Virus record (IMG/VR): IMGVR_UViG_3300048853_000062
Span: 4,853 to 68,852 of that record
Source: a virus
Taxonomy: Duplodnaviria > Caudoviricetes
Direction: 5' to 3' (one strand)
DNA: 64,000 nt
Shown: positions 7,953-16,998 of the stretch, one piece after another
Layout: each line of letters starts with the position of its first letter
Numbering within the stretch: the stretch's first letter is position 1
Position numbers and translations under genes: made by a program
Notes under the pieces: generated by a model
What the model saw: the letters and a program-made list of their open reading frames with translations, nothing else
Database searches by the model: none
What the model was told of the DNA's origin: nothing

Positions 7953-8203
7953 GCGGTCTGAGTCCGTTGCGGCGGTTCGTATTCGGGATGCTGGAGCTGG
8001 TCATCTGGTCGGGCGCTCTCCTCGCCACCTTCGGTGCCGCACTACTGAACGTCACCCTGATGAGCGCCGCGGGGATTGTCGCCGCGGTGGCCGCACTGAT
8101 CTGGGGGCTGGGCCATGCCGTACTCCGCGATCAGCCCTCACTCGGGTCGGACGGCGACGACGTGCCCTACACGACCTTCGATCACGGACGGATGGCGCCG
8201 TGA
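7949..8203 (+). CDS. Membrane protein (2 TM)
   Basis: Two hydrophobic helices; operon overlap. Confidence 0.65.
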   Translation: MSGLSPLRRFVFGMLELVIWSGALLATFGAALLNVTLMSAAGIVAAVAALIWGLGHAVLRDQPSLGSDGDDVPYTTFDHGRMAP

Positions 8204-8427
8204 GAAACGTTCAGCTCCGACAGGTGGGAAGCGTTGCACCGCCGCGGATGACGTTGAGGATGCACGTCGCCGAGGCCATTGCCGCGTTCGAGTGGGCGAT
8301 CGAAGATGGCACCGACGCCCAGCTTCGCGACGTCATCGAACGCGCAACGCGATCGCTGCTGCGCGCAGCGGCCGAGTCAGGTGAAGCCCCGAGCGGAACC
8401 TACGACGTGATCGGCAGGTCTGCCTGA
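8200..8427 (+). CDS. Hypothetical protein
   Basis: GTGA overlap with the upstream stop; 75 aa. Confidence 0.55.
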   Translation: MRNVQLRQVGSVAPPRMTLRMHVAEAIAAFEWAIEDGTDAQLRDVIERATRSLLRAAAESGEAPSGTYDVIGRSA

Positions 8428-8600
8428 TGTGCCCAGTGTGCGCCGGCCGCGGCTGGCTCAAGGCGGCGCCGATCCAGGTCTTGGCGGTGTGGTCCGGCGA
8501 CGACCCCGAACCAACGTACGAGGCGCGCGCCGAGTGGGCGGACGCTGTCGCCATTCCCTGCATGTCCTGCTACCCGGCTCGGACCAATGTCCTCGTCTGA
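8427..8600 (+). CDS. Small Cys-pair (CxxC...CxxC) protein (not in the ORF track)
   Basis: MCPVCAGRGW...IPCMSCYP; TGATG coupling. Confidence 0.55.
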   Translation: MCPVCAGRGWLKAAPIQVLAVWSGDDPEPTYEARAEWADAVAIPCMSCYPARTNVLV

Positions 8601-8748
8601 GCCGCGCGACCGGGGGTCGCTGATCAAGTTCATGGCCGACTGCGGTCACTGGATGGATTGCTACGCAAAGGAACCGACACCGACCGAGTGCCCGGACTGC
8701 GCCAAGAAGTCCGTCGGCTGGGGTCTCGACGATTGGGGCCTCGGGTGA
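8587..8748 (+). CDS. Small zinc-finger-like protein (not in the ORF track)
   Basis: DCGHW...ECPDCAKK; stop overlaps the HNH start. Confidence 0.5.
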   Translation: MSSSEPRDRGSLIKFMADCGHWMDCYAKEPTPTECPDCAKKSVGWGLDDWGLG

Positions 8749-9083
8749 GCGCGGGATTCCCGCCACTTGTCACCGCGGTGATCGACGAACGGTCGATGGG
8801 GTGGTGCGAGGTGTGCGGCGAGCACCGCGTCCAGGAGCGCCACCACCGCCGGCCGCGCGGCATGGGTGGCAGCCGCCGCGACGACACCAACGTGGCGTCG
8901 AACGGGCTCGGGCTCTGCTCGGGGTGCCATCGGCTCATCGAGTCGTACCGCACCGTGGCCGAGCTGCTCGGGTGGCTCGTTCCGCAGGGCACCGACCCGT
9001 CCAACCGCCGCGTGATCTACCGCGGCCAACCCGCACTACTCGCCGACGACGGCGGCATCGAATACCTGGAGGTTGCGGCGTGA
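8745..9083 (+). CDS. HNH endonuclease
   Basis: CEVCG...ERHHRRPRGMGG...SNGLGLCSGCHRLIE. Confidence 0.85.
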   Translation: MSAGFPPLVTAVIDERSMGWCEVCGEHRVQERHHRRPRGMGGSRRDDTNVASNGLGLCSGCHRLIESYRTVAELLGWLVPQGTDPSNRRVIYRGQPALLADDGGIEYLEVAA

Positions 9084-9739
9084 TTGACGCACTGAAGATG
9101 CTCGAGGTGTCCACGCGGGAGCACCAGATGACGGTGCTCCGCGACGACGGCCTGTACCGGCACATCCGCTTCGCGAAGCCCGGCACGGGGATCTGGCGGT
9201 TCGACCTCGTCACCTGGCCCGGGCACCTCGTGATCACCGGCGACCTCGAGGACTTCCACTTCGCCCGTGTTCCCGACATGTTCGAGTTCTTTCGTGGGCC
9301 GGTGGGCGAGGTCAACGCCTACTACTGGGCCGAGAAGCTCCGCGGCCCCGTTCGCTCCAAGGTGTACTCGCCGCAGCGCGCCAAGCAGCTGGTATTCGAA
9401 GAGTTCTGGGACCGGCGCGCGAACTTCGCTGGGCAGTCCGCACAACTGTGGGGCGCGATCCGAGACCAGATCCTCAGCTGGGACGTGCTGCCCTCCGAAG
9501 ACTGCGTCCGGGCAGCGCTGCGCGACTTTCGATACGTCGCGGCCAATCCGATCGAGCCCGCCGGCCCGGCCCGTGACTTCGTCCCGCAGCGCATCCCCAA
9601 GCGCTGGAACGGGACATTCGAGTTCACCGACTCCTGGGAGTGGGATCTGGGGGAGTGGGACTTCCACTTCCTGGTCTCGCTGCACGCCATCGTGTGGGGC
9701 ATCCACCGGTACGACTCAGCGCGGGCGGCCGCCGCATGA
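9080..9739 (+). CDS. Conserved hypothetical phage protein
   Basis: HQMTVLRDDGLYRHIRF...FDLVTWPGHLVITGD...YWAEKL pattern typical of phage ORFs; GTGA overlap. Confidence 0.75.
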   Translation: MIDALKMLEVSTREHQMTVLRDDGLYRHIRFAKPGTGIWRFDLVTWPGHLVITGDLEDFHFARVPDMFEFFRGPVGEVNAYYWAEKLRGPVRSKVYSPQRAKQLVFEEFWDRRANFAGQSAQLWGAIRDQILSWDVLPSEDCVRAALRDFRYVAANPIEPAGPARDFVPQRIPKRWNGTFEFTDSWEWDLGEWDFHFLVSLHAIVWGIHRYDSARAAAA

Positions 9740-10848
9740 CCGATCTCGCCGACGTCTACGTCACCGGCCTGCGGGTCGACGAGATCTTCGCCGACCCGAC
9801 CTACCAACGCATCCTCGACGTGGCCCGGGCCCGGAGGATGTCCGCCGAGTGGGATCGCCGCCTGGCCGGCATCCTCGAGGTATCCGACCGCGGTGAGGAT
9901 GCGGCACCCCGCTACGCCGTCATCGACGGGCAGCACCGGTGGGCCGCAGCCCGATACCTGCAGGTGCCGCCGCCGCTGGTCGCGAACGTGCACACCGGCC
10001 TCACCGTCTCCGATGAAGCCGCACTGTTCGACAAGCTCAACCGGCAGCGCAAGCAGACCGGCACCTGGGACCACTGGAAGGCTCGCCGCGCGGCGGGCGA
10101 CGAACTGGTCCTAGCTGTGGAGCGCACTGTTGAGTCCCTCGGCTTGCGGGTGTCTGAAGCTGCGGGCACCGACGGCACGGTGTCGTGCATCGGGACGTTG
10201 GAGAAGATCGCGAACTGCGCCGGCGGACTCGACTTGCTCGCCTCGACGCTGCGCATCATCACCGCGGCGTGGGGCACGACACAGCGTTCGGCGTTCGAGG
10301 CGCCACTAATCCACGGCGTCGCGATGACACTCGCCACGTTGGCCGACCGCCTGGACGCGCAGCGGCTCATCGACGCACTCGGTGAGCAGTCTCCGAAGCG
10401 CGTCCGTGTGCAGGCCACCACGATGCGCGACAGCGGCATCCCTGGCTCCCTGGCGAAGCTGTCGGCCGTCGCGATCGTCAACGTCTACAACGGGACCGCC
10501 GGCCGCCGACTGGCGTGGCCGAACGACTGGAAGGGCACGCTGCCCAAGCCTGCCCGAGTGACGGTCACGTCCACCGCGCAGGCGAAGTCGCGAGCTGGCG
10601 GGCGCACGGAGTTGAGCGGGATCCGCCGCAGCAACCTCAACGCCCCGGTGCTCGACGAGATCGCGGGCGACCACTCGCGGCCGCGCACTGTCCCCGATGC
10701 CATCCCTCACTACGCGGGCACCCCTGAGCAGGCCGACGCGGTCGCCGAGATGCAAGGCAAGCCTGTCTCGGAGATCGCCGTGGCCCTCGGCATCCCGGAG
10801 CGCACCGTGCGCCGCATCCAAGCCGACCTCGGGTTCGGTGCCACATGA
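9736..10848 (+). CDS. ParB/Srx-like (DUF6551-type) protein with C-terminal HTH
   Basis: DPTYQR...VIDGQHRWAAA...EAALFDKLN; terminal PVSEIAVALGIPERTVRRI HTH. Confidence 0.75.
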   Translation: MTDLADVYVTGLRVDEIFADPTYQRILDVARARRMSAEWDRRLAGILEVSDRGEDAAPRYAVIDGQHRWAAARYLQVPPPLVANVHTGLTVSDEAALFDKLNRQRKQTGTWDHWKARRAAGDELVLAVERTVESLGLRVSEAAGTDGTVSCIGTLEKIANCAGGLDLLASTLRIITAAWGTTQRSAFEAPLIHGVAMTLATLADRLDAQRLIDALGEQSPKRVRVQATTMRDSGIPGSLAKLSAVAIVNVYNGTAGRRLAWPNDWKGTLPKPARVTVTSTAQAKSRAGGRTELSGIRRSNLNAPVLDEIAGDHSRPRTVPDAIPHYAGTPEQADAVAEMQGKPVSEIAVALGIPERTVRRIQADLGFGAT

Positions 10849-10994
10849 CCGTCCAGACCAGCGTCGAAGGCAACAGCGCCTACCGCCAGGGGCTGTGTGT
10901 CGACTGCCAGCAGCGTCCGCACTCGGCTGGCCGCACGCGGTGCACCGACTGCCATGCCATCCACCAGCAGCCACCTATGAGGGAGAGCGTCTGA
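10845..10994 (+). CDS. Small Cys-rich protein (not in the ORF track)
   Basis: GLCVDCQQRPHSAGRTRCTDCH; coupled to both neighbours. Confidence 0.6.
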   Translation: MTVQTSVEGNSAYRQGLCVDCQQRPHSAGRTRCTDCHAIHQQPPMRESV

Positions 10995-11800
10995 TGCGTC
11001 TGCACCGCTTCGCAATTGACGAAACCAAGAACGGTCGTGACTCGCGGCTCATCAACTGGCGAGGGTTCGTCACCGCATACCGCGACGACGAGACGCAGAT
11101 TGCCGACGCGCACGTGCAGGTTGTGCTCGGCAAGCCGCAGCCCGAGTTCTCGGCCCGGTTCCACGTCGGCACGAGGTCGTCCGAAACACCCTGGGATGGC
11201 CACCTCACTGTCCTCGGCAGCGGCTTCTACTGGGGTCTCGGCGCCGGCCGCGCGCTCGCACACAACTTGACCCGCAACTGGCTCAGCCGCTGCAACGAGC
11301 AGTATCACGACTGGGAAGGCCGCGACCTCTCAATCAGCCTGTTCTCGGGCCGCATCCACTGGCGGTTGTGGACGCATCCCAGCACCTGGCGCCGCGGCGA
11401 GTTTGGACGGTGGCGGGAGCACAGCTTCCACGCCAACCCGCTCGACGTGCTCTTCGGCCCCGCGCGCTACTGGTACGAGGACATCGACACGGCGCAGCTC
11501 GACATCGAACTGCCCGAAGGCACCTACCCGGTCATCGCAACCCTGCAGCGACAGTCACACGGCCGACCCAAGCTGAAGCGTCGCCGCCTGGCGTGGCACG
11601 TCGCTGTCAAGGCGCCGCAAGGCATCCCGAACCGATACGACCACTCCGGTGGCTGGAAGGGCGACCGGGTTCACGGCTTCGGAGTGAAGCTCGCCGAACA
11701 ACGCCGTGACTGGCCCGTCGATGCCCGTGCGGCCATCGCCTCGCGCATCCTCGCCGACCGCGCCCGCACCGGGTTCCGCAAGCCGCAGGAGGTCGTGTGA
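10994..11800 (+). CDS. Hypothetical phage protein
   Basis: TGATG coupling; 268 aa, Trp-rich. Confidence 0.7.
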   Translation: MRLHRFAIDETKNGRDSRLINWRGFVTAYRDDETQIADAHVQVVLGKPQPEFSARFHVGTRSSETPWDGHLTVLGSGFYWGLGAGRALAHNLTRNWLSRCNEQYHDWEGRDLSISLFSGRIHWRLWTHPSTWRRGEFGRWREHSFHANPLDVLFGPARYWYEDIDTAQLDIELPEGTYPVIATLQRQSHGRPKLKRRRLAWHVAVKAPQGIPNRYDHSGGWKGDRVHGFGVKLAEQRRDWPVDARAAIASRILADRARTGFRKPQEVV

Positions 11801-11831
11801 TGCAGGCGCAAGGCAACTGGGAGCGCGTTTG

Positions 11832-12236
11832 ATGCCCGCCCCGTTCGACAACGCCGAGGCCAACGCTGAGCGCCTCGCCGCGTACCTCTCTGGCTTCGAT
11901 TACCGGTGGTCCACGGAAGTGGAGTTGCAGGACGCGATCTGGGATGTGCTGCAGCCGCGCCGCCCGGGTGTGTTCGCGCTGCTGCAGCGTGAGGCGCCGC
12001 TGTCGCCGCAGGACCGACCGGACTTCATGGTCACGATCGGCGATACCGCGGTCGCAGTCGAGGTGAAGGTGAAGGGGTCGCGCAACGCGGTGCTGCGTCA
12101 GCTCGGCCGGTACGCCGCCCACGACAAGGTCGATGCAGTACTTCTGGCGTCGGGGCGCCGGACGTTGGCCGCCGCGATGCCCCCGATCATCCACGGCAAG
12201 CCGGTCCTCGCCGTCCACGTGGGGACGACGCTGTGA
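11832..12236 (+). CDS. PD-(D/E)xK superfamily nuclease
   Basis: EVELQ...DRPDFMV...AVEVKVKG...QLGRYA. Confidence 0.75.
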   Translation: MPAPFDNAEANAERLAAYLSGFDYRWSTEVELQDAIWDVLQPRRPGVFALLQREAPLSPQDRPDFMVTIGDTAVAVEVKVKGSRNAVLRQLGRYAAHDKVDAVLLASGRRTLAAAMPPIIHGKPVLAVHVGTTL

Positions 12237-13969
12237 GCCGCGTGGTGGGCACCATCAAGCACATCGGGCCGCCAGCGTCGGTGTGGTCGATCGAGGCCGC
12301 CCCGGACGTGATGATCCGACTGAAGCGCCTCATCCCGGGCGTGCGAATTGCCAAGGCAGTCGCCCTGACCATCTCGGACACCGAAGCGAACGGCCGCGAG
12401 CTGGAGTGGGTGCTGTCCCGCTGGGACTTCGCGATGACCGACGCCGACCGCGCACTCTTGCAGAAGCGTGCCGACGCTGACCGGGCACGCGAGGACCTGG
12501 TGTCCGACGTCATTGCCGGAACCGCCACGATGCTGCCCGGACCGGGGTGGCTGACCTCGAAGCTGCCGCTGCGCGACTATCAGCGTGTCGCCACCGATCT
12601 GGTGCGCGCGACGGGCGCAACTCTCATCGTCGACGAACTCGGCCTCGGCAAGACCCTCACCTCGCTGGCGCTGCTCGAGGACCCCGACGCCCGCCCCGCC
12701 CTCGCGGTGACTCTCACGGGGCTGGGACGGCAGTGGCGCCGCGAACTCGGCAAGTTCTACCCCGACCTGTCGGCGGTCGTAGTGAAGACCACCAAGGTGG
12801 TCGACGAGCTGCCGAAGCTGTGCGACCCCAACGGCGACCTGGCCTGGGACCTGATCCTCGTCAACTACGCGAAGCTGTGGGCCTGGGCCCCGGTGTTGGC
12901 GGGCAAGGTGCGCACCGTCGTCTTCGACGAAATCCAGGAGCTGCGCCGCACTGAGTCGCTGAAGTACGAGGCCGCCCAGCACGTCGCCGCGTCAGCCGAT
13001 TACGTGACCGGCCTGTCGGCCACACCGGTGTACAACTTCGGCGGCGAGATGTTCTCCGTCATGAACGTCATCCGCCCGGGCTGCCTCGGCGCCCGCGACG
13101 AGTTCCTCCGCGAATGGTCGACCAGCGGCTTCTACCAGGACGGCAACGGCAAGGTCCGTCTCAAGGACCCGGAGGCCCTGCGCGCCCTCCTCACCTCGCA
13201 CGGCCTGTTCCTGCGCCGCACCCGCGAGGACGTCGGCATCAGCCTTCCGGCGATCGAGACTATCGAGCAGGTCGTCCCCTCGGACCGCAAGACGTTCGAC
13301 GAGTTGTCGGGCAACGCGATCGAGATGGCCCGGCTCATCCTTGCCGAGGACTCGACCCGGTCGCAGCGGTGGCAGTCCGCCGGCGAACTGGACTGGCGAC
13401 TCCGTCAGGCCACCGGCATCTCGAAGGCACCGTTCGTCGCAGAGTTCGTGCGGCTGCTCCTCGAAAGCGAGCAGAAGGTTGTCCTGTTCGGATGGCACCG
13501 CGCCGTCTACGACATCTGGATGGAACGCCTCAAGACCTTCAACCCGGTCCTGTACACGGGGTCGGAATCGCCTGTGGCGAAGGCCAATGCGTACGAACGG
13601 TTCGTCGACGGTGACGCTCGGGTCCTGATCATGTCGCTCCGCTCCGGCGCGGGACTCGACGGCCTTCAGGACGTCTGCTCGACCATCGTCTTCGGCGAAC
13701 TCGACTGGTCGCCCGGCGTGCACCGCCAGGCCATCGGCCGCCTCGGTCGCCCCGGACAGAAGCACGGCGTGCTGGCCTACTTCTGCGTCGGCACCGACGG
13801 ATCCGACCCGGTCATCCTCGACACGCTGAACATCAAGGCCATGGAGTCCGACCGCCTCATCGAACCGGACCACAACAACGGAACCGCGACCCCCGCAGCG
13901 AAGCCCGAGCACATCAAACGCTTGGCCGCCGCACTACTCGAAGCCCAATCCCAGGAGGTTGCATCGTGA
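12233..13969 (+). CDS. SNF2-family (SF2) helicase
   Basis: LRDYQ, DELGLGKT, FDEIQ, LSATPVYN, SLRSGAGLDGLQ, QAIGRLGRPGQ motifs. Confidence 0.9.
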   Translation: MSRVVGTIKHIGPPASVWSIEAAPDVMIRLKRLIPGVRIAKAVALTISDTEANGRELEWVLSRWDFAMTDADRALLQKRADADRAREDLVSDVIAGTATMLPGPGWLTSKLPLRDYQRVATDLVRATGATLIVDELGLGKTLTSLALLEDPDARPALAVTLTGLGRQWRRELGKFYPDLSAVVVKTTKVVDELPKLCDPNGDLAWDLILVNYAKLWAWAPVLAGKVRTVVFDEIQELRRTESLKYEAAQHVAASADYVTGLSATPVYNFGGEMFSVMNVIRPGCLGARDEFLREWSTSGFYQDGNGKVRLKDPEALRALLTSHGLFLRRTREDVGISLPAIETIEQVVPSDRKTFDELSGNAIEMARLILAEDSTRSQRWQSAGELDWRLRQATGISKAPFVAEFVRLLLESEQKVVLFGWHRAVYDIWMERLKTFNPVLYTGSESPVAKANAYERFVDGDARVLIMSLRSGAGLDGLQDVCSTIVFGELDWSPGVHRQAIGRLGRPGQKHGVLAYFCVGTDGSDPVILDTLNIKAMESDRLIEPDHNNGTATPAAKPEHIKRLAAALLEAQSQEVAS

Positions 13970-14367
13970 CCGCACCACCCAACTGGGATCAGGACGCGTT
14001 CGCCGCCGCCTGCGACCTCATCGAGCGCACCGGCGCCAAGCAGTTCGAGGTCGGATACCTGCACGACGACGTGCCCGTGGAGAAGGCCGGCTGGTATGCG
14101 CACGCCCAGTACCACGGTGCGCGCATCACAGCGCAGGACCACCCGGGTCCGGTGCAGGCGACCGAAGCGCTGGCACGCCAACTCCTCGAGGGCGGCGTCT
14201 GCACCTACTGCGGCCTGAAGATCGCGCTGGCCGACTACCCCGGCCGGCGGTGCCGCTGGACGCGACAGGGACCGAAGTGGGTGCGCGGGTGCGCCGCAAC
14301 CCACACTGACCGCGATCAGGCGCTCGTCGACGCGGGCCGCAAGCAGGCTCGAGGTCCTCATGCCTGA
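13966..14367 (+). CDS. Hypothetical phage protein
   Basis: 133-aa ORF with GTGA overlap. Confidence 0.7.
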   Translation: MTAPPNWDQDAFAAACDLIERTGAKQFEVGYLHDDVPVEKAGWYAHAQYHGARITAQDHPGPVQATEALARQLLEGGVCTYCGLKIALADYPGRRCRWTRQGPKWVRGCAATHTDRDQALVDAGRKQARGPHA

Positions 14368-14710
14368 GCGCATCCAGCTCCGCCGCCACCGCGGCTACCG
14401 CAAGCCCGCTGGTGTCGTCGTGGTCACTCGGGGGACCGATTGGGGCAACCCGTTCGTCGTGGGACGCGGCGTGCGCATCGAGACCCCGAACCCGTACGAC
14501 AAGCAGGCACGCGACCGCGGCGACTGGTGGGTGTGGCAGTCCGTCGAGATGACACCCGCGATCGCGGTCGCACTGTTCCGGGCGTGGATCGAGTGGGGCG
14601 GCTTCGCATCGCAGATCCGAGCTGACCTGGCTGGCCGCGACCTGGCGTGCTGGTGCCGACTCGACCAGCCGTGCCACGCCGACGTCCTGTTGGAGGTGGC
14701 CAATGACTGA
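14360..14710 (+). CDS. DUF4326 domain protein
   Basis: VTRGTDWGNPF...LAGRDLACWC...CHADVLLE. Confidence 0.9.
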   Translation: MPERIQLRRHRGYRKPAGVVVVTRGTDWGNPFVVGRGVRIETPNPYDKQARDRGDWWVWQSVEMTPAIAVALFRAWIEWGGFASQIRADLAGRDLACWCRLDQPCHADVLLEVAND

Positions 14711-15320
14711 CATCGTCCGACCACCGATCCCGGCGACGTGCGAGCACCGCCCCACGATCGGCGGCGTCGTCAAACCTTGGGCCAACGTCGAACTCGCTGA
14801 TGGCCGTGTCGATTTCCGATCGCAGCATGAGAGCAAGGCGCAACGCTGCTTTCTCGAGGGGCTGTGCCAGGTGTGCGGCAACTCGGTGACACGCCCGATT
14901 GTGTTCTTCGGCGGTCCCCGCCAGGTGGCGGCGTTGCAGTTTGACGAGCCGCCGCTGCACCCTGAGTGCGCCGTGTACGCGTCGCAGGCGTGCCCGATGG
15001 TGGCTGGCCGCCTGGAGCGCTACGCGACCCGCGAGGTGGTCACCCACGGCCCGCGCGGCGCGGTCTGCTCGGACCCTGGCTGCGACTGCGGCGGCTGGGT
15101 TCCAACGCCGGGCCTGACGGTCGGCCCGGGCGGTGACCCCGCCCACGACTGGTACGCGGTCTACGTATCCGGCTACAGCGCCGGCGTCACCGACGCCCGA
15201 CCTGACCGCGTGCACGCGGGTGTGGTCCGCCCACACCAGGTGCTCGCCATCCGGCACGTGTCGAGCCCAGGAACGGGCCGTACGTGGACACGCACGACAC
15301 TCGAGGAGGTGCACGCCTGA
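14703..15320 (+). CDS. Conserved Cys-rich phage protein
   Basis: RCFLEGLCQVCG...EPPLHPECAVYASQACP. Confidence 0.75.
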   Translation: MTDIVRPPIPATCEHRPTIGGVVKPWANVELADGRVDFRSQHESKAQRCFLEGLCQVCGNSVTRPIVFFGGPRQVAALQFDEPPLHPECAVYASQACPMVAGRLERYATREVVTHGPRGAVCSDPGCDCGGWVPTPGLTVGPGGDPAHDWYAVYVSGYSAGVTDARPDRVHAGVVRPHQVLAIRHVSSPGTGRTWTRTTLEEVHA

Positions 15321-16138
15321 TGGCGAATGCCGCGGCTCTCATCAACGAAGGACTCTGGCGGAAAGACAAGGAGTTTCAGAAGCTGCCACGTCTCGCGCAG
15401 TGCACTTTCTGCCAGGTGCTGTCGCAGAAGGACCTCGATACCGCCGGCGTGCTCACACTGCACCTCGATCTGCTGGCGAAGGCATGCGACGACCTGACCG
15501 TGGAGCAGCTGAAGGCTGACTTCGCCGCGCTCGAAGCCGGCAGATTCCTGTTCGTGGACTACGACACCGACGAGGTGTTCGTCCGCTCCTACGTGCGCGT
15601 AGTGAGCGTGAAGAACCAGAACTCGTGGAAGTCGGTGCCGAAGAACGCTCGACTGGTCGGGTCGGAGAAGATCCGCCACGAGCTGGCGCAGGAACTCCGG
15701 CGGTTGCGGCGCAAGGATGCGAGCGATCTGGCCGACGAAATCGACCCCCTCTCAACCCCGTCAGAACCCCCTCCAGACCCCGTCTCAACCCCGTCTCGAC
15801 CCGGTACCCCGTCTCAACCCCGTCCGGACGGGGACAGTTCAGTACTAGTTCCAGTCCTAGTCTCACCTTCCGTTGTTGGTTCAGTTGGTGTGCGCGCACG
15901 CCCCGAATGCTCCGCACATGAAACCGATTCGGACACCAACTGCCGGGCGTGCATGCGACGCCGGCTGTGGGACGAGGAACACCGCGACGCCCTGGCAGCT
16001 GACGAACTCGACCAGCGCCGCCGTCAACGGGAGCGGGCCGCGAACTGCCCCCGCTGCCACGGCACGAACGTCTACGAGATCGGCGACGACCAGGTCGCCA
16101 AGTGCGACCCGCACCTCGAGGTGGCCGCTCATGGGTGA
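15320..16138 (+). CDS. Replication initiator protein
   Basis: N-terminal LWRKDKEFQKL...VDYDTDEVFVRSYVR as in mycobacteriophage initiators; internal Pro-rich linker carries iterons; C-terminal Cys motifs. Confidence 0.7.
   Translation: MANAAALINEGLWRKDKEFQKLPRLAQCTFCQVLSQKDLDTAGVLTLHLDLLAKACDDLTVEQLKADFAALEAGRFLFVDYDTDEVFVRSYVRVVSVKNQNSWKSVPKNARLVGSEKIRHELAQELRRLRRKDASDLADEIDPLSTPSEPPPDPVSTPSRPGTPSQPRPDGDSSVLVPVLVSPSVVGSVGVRARPECSAHETDSDTNCRACMRRRLWDEEHRDALAADELDQRRRQRERAANCPRCHGTNVYEIGDDQVAKCDPHLEVAAHG
15750..15824 (+). repeat. Three 13-bp direct repeats TCTCAACCCCGTC (candidate origin iterons)
   Basis: Exact copies at 15750, 15783 and 15812, followed by a T-richer stretch at ~15833-15890. 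Confidence 0.7.
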
Positions 16139-16484
16139 CGTAATGACGGCACCAACCGCGGCGGCCGCGACGAAGGTCGAGTTGGAGATCCCCTGCGAGT
16201 GTGGTGATTACCGCGACCACGGACCGAGCGGTTGCGGACAGCCAGCCGAGGTGTGGGCGATCATCCACGACGTCTGCGACGACTGCCGCAAGTACGAGGA
16301 CGGCAACGCCTCGCTGTACCTGTGCAGCGAGTGCTGGCAGCGATTCTCGGCCAGCATTGACGGCACCCTCGTCTTCGCGGCGAAGACCAGGCAACTCGCT
16401 CAGTGCGAGACGTGTCTGTTGCCGATCCGGCGTCGGACTGACGTCATCCGGAGGGTCGTTGGCATCCGGGGGACGAAGCGGTGA
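16131..16484 (+). CDS. Cys-rich hypothetical protein
   Basis: Several CxxC motifs; operon coupling. Confidence 0.6.
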   Translation: MGDVMTAPTAAAATKVELEIPCECGDYRDHGPSGCGQPAEVWAIIHDVCDDCRKYEDGNASLYLCSECWQRFSASIDGTLVFAAKTRQLAQCETCLLPIRRRTDVIRRVVGIRGTKR

Positions 16485-16780
16485 GCGACGAGACCGCCCC
16501 CAGCGTCCACGGCCGACCGCAGGCGGGGAACCGCCCCAACCCCACGGGTCTCATCCAGGTGCCTGACGAGCCGTGGGTGGACGACGCTCTGTGCGCCCAA
16601 ACCGACCCGGAGGCGTTCTTCCCCGAGAAGGGCGGGTCGACGGCCGACGCGAAACGCATCTGCGGCCTGTGCTCGGCCCGGGAGGAATGCCTGCGGTACG
16701 CCCTGGACCACGATGAGCGGTTCGGCATCTGGGGCGGCCACTCCGAGCGGGAACGCCGGGCGATGAAGAGGTCCGCATGA
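16481..16780 (+). CDS. whiB: WhiB family transcription factor
   Basis: ALCAQTDPEAFFP...ICGLC...ECLRYAL...FGIWGG. Confidence 0.95.
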   Translation: MSDETAPSVHGRPQAGNRPNPTGLIQVPDEPWVDDALCAQTDPEAFFPEKGGSTADAKRICGLCSAREECLRYALDHDERFGIWGGHSERERRAMKRSA

Positions 16781-16998
16781 ACGACGACGACCGCCAGTAC
16801 GCCCGCGGCCCCGGCCGGCACCACCGCAGCCGCGGGCCCGTAGTCGCCGCCTACGCTGACACCGGCGCCATCGACCGCTCCTGCCCGAACTGCGGCGCCA
16901 ACCCGCAGGAGTACTGCATTCACGACAACGGCGTGCAACGCAAGATGCCGTGTCCGAACCGGCTACCGCACAACCCCGACACCGGAGGCAGCGAATGA
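16777..16998 (+). CDS. Small zinc-finger protein
   Basis: CPNCGANPQEYC...MPCPNR. Confidence 0.7.
   Translation: MNDDDRQYARGPGRHHRSRGPVVAAYADTGAIDRSCPNCGANPQEYCIHDNGVQRKMPCPNRLPHNPDTGGSE

Noticed and set aside
9736-10848. Dnd phosphorothioation system, suggested by the DGQHR motif
   Set aside because: No dndA/C/D/E or ssp genes are present; the motif is shared by the wider ParB/Srx superfamily.
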